NCBI GenBank assembly: GCA_963830365.1
Contig: CAWHMU010000042.1
Location: 64,001 to 128,000, forward strand
From: an uncultured Chlamydiae bacterium
GTDB lineage: Bacteria; Chlamydiota; Chlamydiia; Chlamydiales; Parachlamydiaceae
Direction: 5' to 3'
DNA: 64,000 bases
Position 1 is the stretch's first letter. Each line of letters opens with the position of its first letter. Of the stretch, positions 60,139 through 64,000 are shown piece by piece. Both the position numbers and the translations under genes were made by a program. The notes beneath the pieces were generated by a model. That model was given only the letters and a program-made list of their open reading frames with translations, searched no databases and was not told where the DNA came from.

Positions 60139-61026
60139 ATGGAAAATAGCGCCAAAATTCCGCGAAGCTTTGGTACACATGATGGCACATTTCATGCCGA
60201 CGAAGTGACGGCATGTGCTTTGTTGCTGCTTTTTAACATCATCGATGAAGATAAAATTATACGTACGCGCAATCTTGAAGAGCTTTCGCGCTGCGAATAT
60301 GTTTGCGATGTGGGCGGCATTTATGACCCAGCCCGCAAGCTATTCGACCATCATCAAATGGACTATCAAGGGCCGATGAGCAGTGCGGGGATGATACTTT
60401 TGTACCTGCAGCAAATCGGCATGCTGACACCCAAAGAGCACGATTTCTTCTACCAGGTCATCATCATGGGTGTTGATGCCCATGACAATGGCAGAGAGCT
60501 GCATAGCAAAGGGGTGACGACCTATTCCCATATCATTTCCAATTTTACGCCAATTTTGTATGATGTCGACTCCACCGTCCAGAATGCAGCCTTCTTTGAA
60601 GCGCTGGCATTTGCCAGGGGGCATTTTGAAAGGATGTGGAAACGCTATCAATACATGCATTCGTGCCGTCAGCAGGTTGCCGATGCCATGGCGCAAGGCA
60701 AAGATTGCCTCATATTCGACAAAAGCATTCCCTGGCTTGAGATTTTCTTTGAACTGGAGGGGGCCAAACACCCCGCCAAATTTGTCATTATGCCGGCAGA
60801 CCAGCATTGGAAGCTGCGCGGCATCCCGCCGACGCTTGAAGAAAAGATGAAGGTGCGCCATCCGCTGCCAAAAGAGTGGGCAGGGCTGCTTGAGAATGAA
60901 TTATGCAAGGTATCCGGCATCAAAGGTGCCATTTTCTGCCATAAAGGCAGATTCATCTCTGTTTGGGAGACGCGCGAAGACGCGCTTAAAGCCCTGAATT
61001 ATGTTTTAGGAACGGCTCATAAATAA
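60139..61026 (+). CDS. MYG1-family (DHH-like) exonuclease/hydrolase
   Basis: GTHDGTFHADEV, DVGG, FDHHQ, DAHDNG, FCHKGRFI; aggag RBS before the ATG at 60139. Confidence 0.93.
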   Translation: MENSAKIPRSFGTHDGTFHADEVTACALLLLFNIIDEDKIIRTRNLEELSRCEYVCDVGGIYDPARKLFDHHQMDYQGPMSSAGMILLYLQQIGMLTPKEHDFFYQVIIMGVDAHDNGRELHSKGVTTYSHIISNFTPILYDVDSTVQNAAFFEALAFARGHFERMWKRYQYMHSCRQQVADAMAQGKDCLIFDKSIPWLEIFFELEGAKHPAKFVIMPADQHWKLRGIPPTLEEKMKVRHPLPKEWAGLLENELCKVSGIKGAIFCHKGRFISVWETREDALKALNYVLGTAHK

Positions 61027-61038
61027 AAAGAAGATATC

Positions 61039-61380
61039 ATGGCTGAAAAATCGCTATTCAGTAAGATCATCAGCGGCGAGTTGCCGGCTGATAAAGTCTT
61101 TGAAAATGAACGCATTGTGGCTTTTAAGGACCTTTATCCGGCAGCGCCTGTACATATATTGATTGTCCCCAAAAAAGAGATCGCCGATATTCAATCCGTC
61201 TCTGCCGAAGATTTGCCCTTGATCGGCGAAATGGTGGCTGTCGCTCAAACGCTGGCGCAGCGCTTCGGCATCGCCGATGGTTATCGCCTGCTCACGAACA
61301 ATGGCTTGCCGGCCGGTCAAACGATTTTCCATCTGCATTTCCACCTGCTTGGCGGCCGACAGCTGGGACCTCTAGCATAA
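61039..61380 (+). CDS. Histidine triad (HIT/HinT) nucleotide-binding protein
   Basis: HLHFHLLGGR triad; FSKIISGELPA. Confidence 0.95.
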   Translation: MAEKSLFSKIISGELPADKVFENERIVAFKDLYPAAPVHILIVPKKEIADIQSVSAEDLPLIGEMVAVAQTLAQRFGIADGYRLLTNNGLPAGQTIFHLHFHLLGGRQLGPLA

Positions 61381-61387
61381 TTTCGAT

Positions 61388-63626
61388 TAAGCTCAGCAGA
61401 TGCAACATAGAAACACAGAGGCACAGCGGTCACAGAGAGTAAACGGGAGAACGACCAACGAGCTATTTCTTTCTCCGTGTCCTCTGTGTCTCTGTGTTTC
61501 AAATAGGTGAGAGACAAAATTTGCGGAGAGCAAACGGGAAGAACAAGCGACTAAGCTCAGCAGATGCAACATAGAAACACAGAGGCACAGCGGTTACAGA
61601 GAATAAACGGGAGAACGACCAGCTAAGTTCAATAGGCGCAGCATAGTGGTTTCTTTCTCCGTGTCCTCTGTGTCTCTGTGTTTCAAATAGGTGAGAGACA
61701 AAATTTGCGGAAAGCAAACGGGAAGAACAAGCAACTAAGCTCAGCAGATGCAACATAGAAACACAGAGGCACAGAGGTCACAGAGAGTAAACGGGAGAAC
61801 GACCAACGAAGTATAATAGGCGCAGCATAGCTATTTCTTTTCTCCGTGTCCTCTGTGTCTCTGTGTTTCAAATAGGTAAGAGACAAGATTTGCGGAGAGC
61901 AAGCGGGAAGAACAAGCGACTAAGCTCAGCAGATGCAACATAGAAACACAGAGGCACAGAGGTCACAGAGAGCAAACGGGAGAACGACCAACGAGCTATT
62001 TCTTTTCTCCGTGTCCTCTGTGTCTCTGTGTTTCAAATAGGTGAGAGACAAAATTTGCGGAAAGCAAACGGGAAGAACAAGCGACTAAGCTCAGCAGATG
62101 CAACATAGAAACACAGAGGCACAGAGGTCACAGAGAGCAAACGGGAGAACGACCAACGAGCTATTTCTTTTCTCCGTGTCCTCTGTGTCTCTGTGTTTCA
62201 AATAGGTAAGAGACAAAATTTGCGGAAAGCAAACGGGAAGAACAAGCGACTAAGCTCAGCAGATGCAACATAGAAACACAGAGGCACAGAGGTCACAAAG
62301 AGCAAACGGGAGAACGACCAACGAGCTATTTCTTTTCTCCGTGTCCTCTGTGTCTCTGTGTTTCAAATAGGTAAGAGACAAGATTTGCGGAGAGCAAGCG
62401 GGAAGAACAAGCGACTAAGCTCAGCAGATGCAACATAGAAACACAGAGGCACAGAGGTCACAGAGAGCAAACGGGAGAACGACCAACGAGCTATTTCTTT
62501 TCTCCGTGTCCTCTGTGTCTCTGTGTTTCAAATAGGTAAGAGACAAGATTTGCGGAGAGCAAGCGGGAAGAACAAGCGACTAAGCTCAGCAGATGCAACA
62601 TAGAAACACAGAGGCACAGAGAGCAAACGGGAGAACGACCAACGAGCTATTTCTTTCTCCGTGTCCTCTGTGTCTCTGTGTTTCAAATAGGTAAGAGACA
62701 AGATTTGCGGAGAGCAAGCGGGAAGAACAAGCGACTAAGCTCAGCAGATGCAACATAGAAACACAGAGGCACAGAGGTCACAGAGAGCAAACGGGAGAAC
62801 GACCAACGAGCTATTTCTTTTCTCCGTGTCCTCTGTGTCTCTGTGTTTCAAATAGGTGAGAGACAAAATTTGCGGAAAGCAAACGGGAAGAACAAGCAAC
62901 TAAGCTCAGCAGATGCAACATAGAAACACAGAGGCACAGAGGTCACAGAGAGCAAACGGGAGAACGACCAACGAGCTATTTCTTTTCTCCGTGTCCTCTG
63001 TGTCTCTGTGTTTCAAATAGGTAAGAGACAAGATTTACAGAGAGTAAGCATGGAGAACCACCAATTAACTCAGGCCATTATTGGAGCTGCTATCGAAGTT
63101 CACAAGCGGCTGGGGCCAGGGTTACTTGAATCGGCATATAGAGCATGTTTGGCGTATGAGTTGAGAAAGGGCGGGTTTGATGTCATAGAAGAAAAACCAG
63201 TTCCTGTGTTTTATGATGAAGTGCAATTGGAATGCGGCTTTCGGGCTGACTTGTTAGTCAATAAATTGATCATAGTGGAATTGAAGGCGAAAAGTGCAGT
63301 TCATCCTGTCGATAAGGCTCAGACCCTCTCGCATTTGCGATTGCTGAATTTACGCGTTGGATTACTGATTAATTTTCATGAAGAGAAATTGGTTGATGGC
63401 ATTCATAGGATCATAAACGGGTATTAATGTGCTCTGTGTTTCAAATAGGTAAGAGACAAGATTTGCGGAGAGCAAACGGGCAGAACAAGCAACTAAGCTC
63501 AGCAGATGCAACATAGAAACACAGAGGTCACAGAGAGCAAACGGGAGAACGACCAACGAAGTTCAGTCGGTGTAGTATAGCTATTTCTTTCTCCGTGTCC
63601 TCATGTGTCTCTGTGTTTCAAATAGG
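61388..63626. repeat. Tandem array of 11 hairpin-forming ~155-185 bp units interrupted by a GxxExxY gene
   Basis: taagctcagcagatgc starts at 61388, 61552, 61736, 61921, 62086, 62251, 62416, 62581, 62736, 62901 and 63494; each unit has a ~30-bp imperfect inverted repeat gaaacacagaggcacagaggtcacagaga / tctccgtgtcctctgtgtctctgtgtttc. Confidence 0.97.
63050..63427 (+). CDS. GxxExxY protein (PD-(D/E)XK nuclease fold), 125 aa
   Basis: IIGAAIEVHKRLGPGLLESAY signature, RADLLV Asp, VELKA E-x-K, GLLINF; ATG at 63050. Confidence 0.95.
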   Translation: MENHQLTQAIIGAAIEVHKRLGPGLLESAYRACLAYELRKGGFDVIEEKPVPVFYDEVQLECGFRADLLVNKLIIVELKAKSAVHPVDKAQTLSHLRLLNLRVGLLINFHEEKLVDGIHRIINGY

Positions 63627-63665
63627 GTTGAGTCAAACTAAATTGAATGAAATAGGCCGACTATT

Positions 63666-64000
63666 ATGAATCACAATTATAAGCTGTCCAGAGATCAATG
63701 CGCCCTGCTGGTTATCGATGTGCAGGAAAAGCTGTTCCCTTATGTGGAAAATTCGTGCCATGTGATGCAGGCCATACAAAAAGCTGTGCGGGGCTTTCAA
63801 ATTTTGGGGTTGCCCATTTTTGCCACCGAACAATATCCGCAAGGCTTGGGTTCTACGGTGGGTCCATTGAAAGGGTTATTAGGTGAAAAGCAGCATTACT
63901 TCACCAAGACGGCTTTTTCCTGTCTGGACGATGCCGGCATTAAAAAGGATTTATTGCTGGCGCCGGTGCAGCAATGGATTGTGCTGGGTATCGAGGCGCA
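63666..64000 (+). CDS. Isochorismatase-family hydrolase (runs off the window end)
   Basis: Manual translation MNHNYKLSRDQCALLVIDVQEKL...TEQYPQGLG...KTAFSC...GIEA. Confidence 0.88.
   Translation, partial: MNHNYKLSRDQCALLVIDVQEKLFPYVENSCHVMQAIQKAVRGFQILGLPIFATEQYPQGLGSTVGPLKGLLGEKQHYFTKTAFSCLDDAGIKKDLLLAPVQQWIVLGIEA

Noticed and set aside
57498..61380. LOG/SLOG, MYG1 and HIT as an anti-phage nucleotide-signalling system with the GxxExxY nuclease
   Set aside because: This trio appears to be conserved chlamydial housekeeping synteny; the array looks like a later insertion downstream of it.
61317..61886. Short minus-strand ORFs containing HRDTEDTE (also 2258-2587, 11230-11581, 63362-63556)
   Set aside because: They are translations of the repeat arms, with no RBS or independent coding evidence.
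63008..63049. N-terminal extension of the GxxExxY ORF from GTG at 63008
   Set aside because: It lies inside the repeat arm; the ATG at 63050 gives the family-typical length.
61388..63626. CRISPR array
   Set aside because: The intervening sequences are near-identical rather than unique spacers, the period is about 165 bp, and there are no cas genes in the window.
61388..63626. Integron attC cassette array
   Set aside because: No integrase, no consistent RYYYAAC/GTTRRRY core pair, and only one gene among the repeats.
1..64000. tRNA, rRNA or riboswitch genes
   Set aside because: None recognised by eye; a tRNAscan-SE/Infernal run would be needed to exclude them.

Overview
Chromosomal segment of an environmental Chlamydiota bacterium, probably Parachlamydiales-like. 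Support: a CPAF protease, a CHLPS/CPn0927-type hydrolase, the chlamydial gene orders rpmG-lolC/E-lolD and LOG-like/MYG1/HIT, a groEL paralog and a eukaryote-like sterol reductase. About 45 protein genes are mostly housekeeping or transport. The intergenic DNA is unusually rich in small mobile or palindromic elements. There is an ISL3 inserted into an identical copy of itself and an IS110-family recombinase gene. Several MITE-like elements have ISL3-like ends and 8-bp target duplications and carry different hairpin cargo. There are at least three families of short (7-9 nt period) inverted repeats. The standout is at 61388-63626: an array of 11 hairpin-forming ~155-185 bp units, with one intact GxxExxY (PD-(D/E)XK-fold) nuclease gene sitting inside it. 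The loop and linker of every unit look like decayed copies of that gene's own start region. The same hairpin arms are scattered at six other intergenic sites. This suggests a nuclease-plus-palindrome system comparable in architecture to RAYT/REPIN; it is not CRISPR. A decayed four-helix-bundle gene flanked by a different inverted 9-mer repeat family shows a parallel layout. All product calls come from motif recognition by eye; no database search was run.
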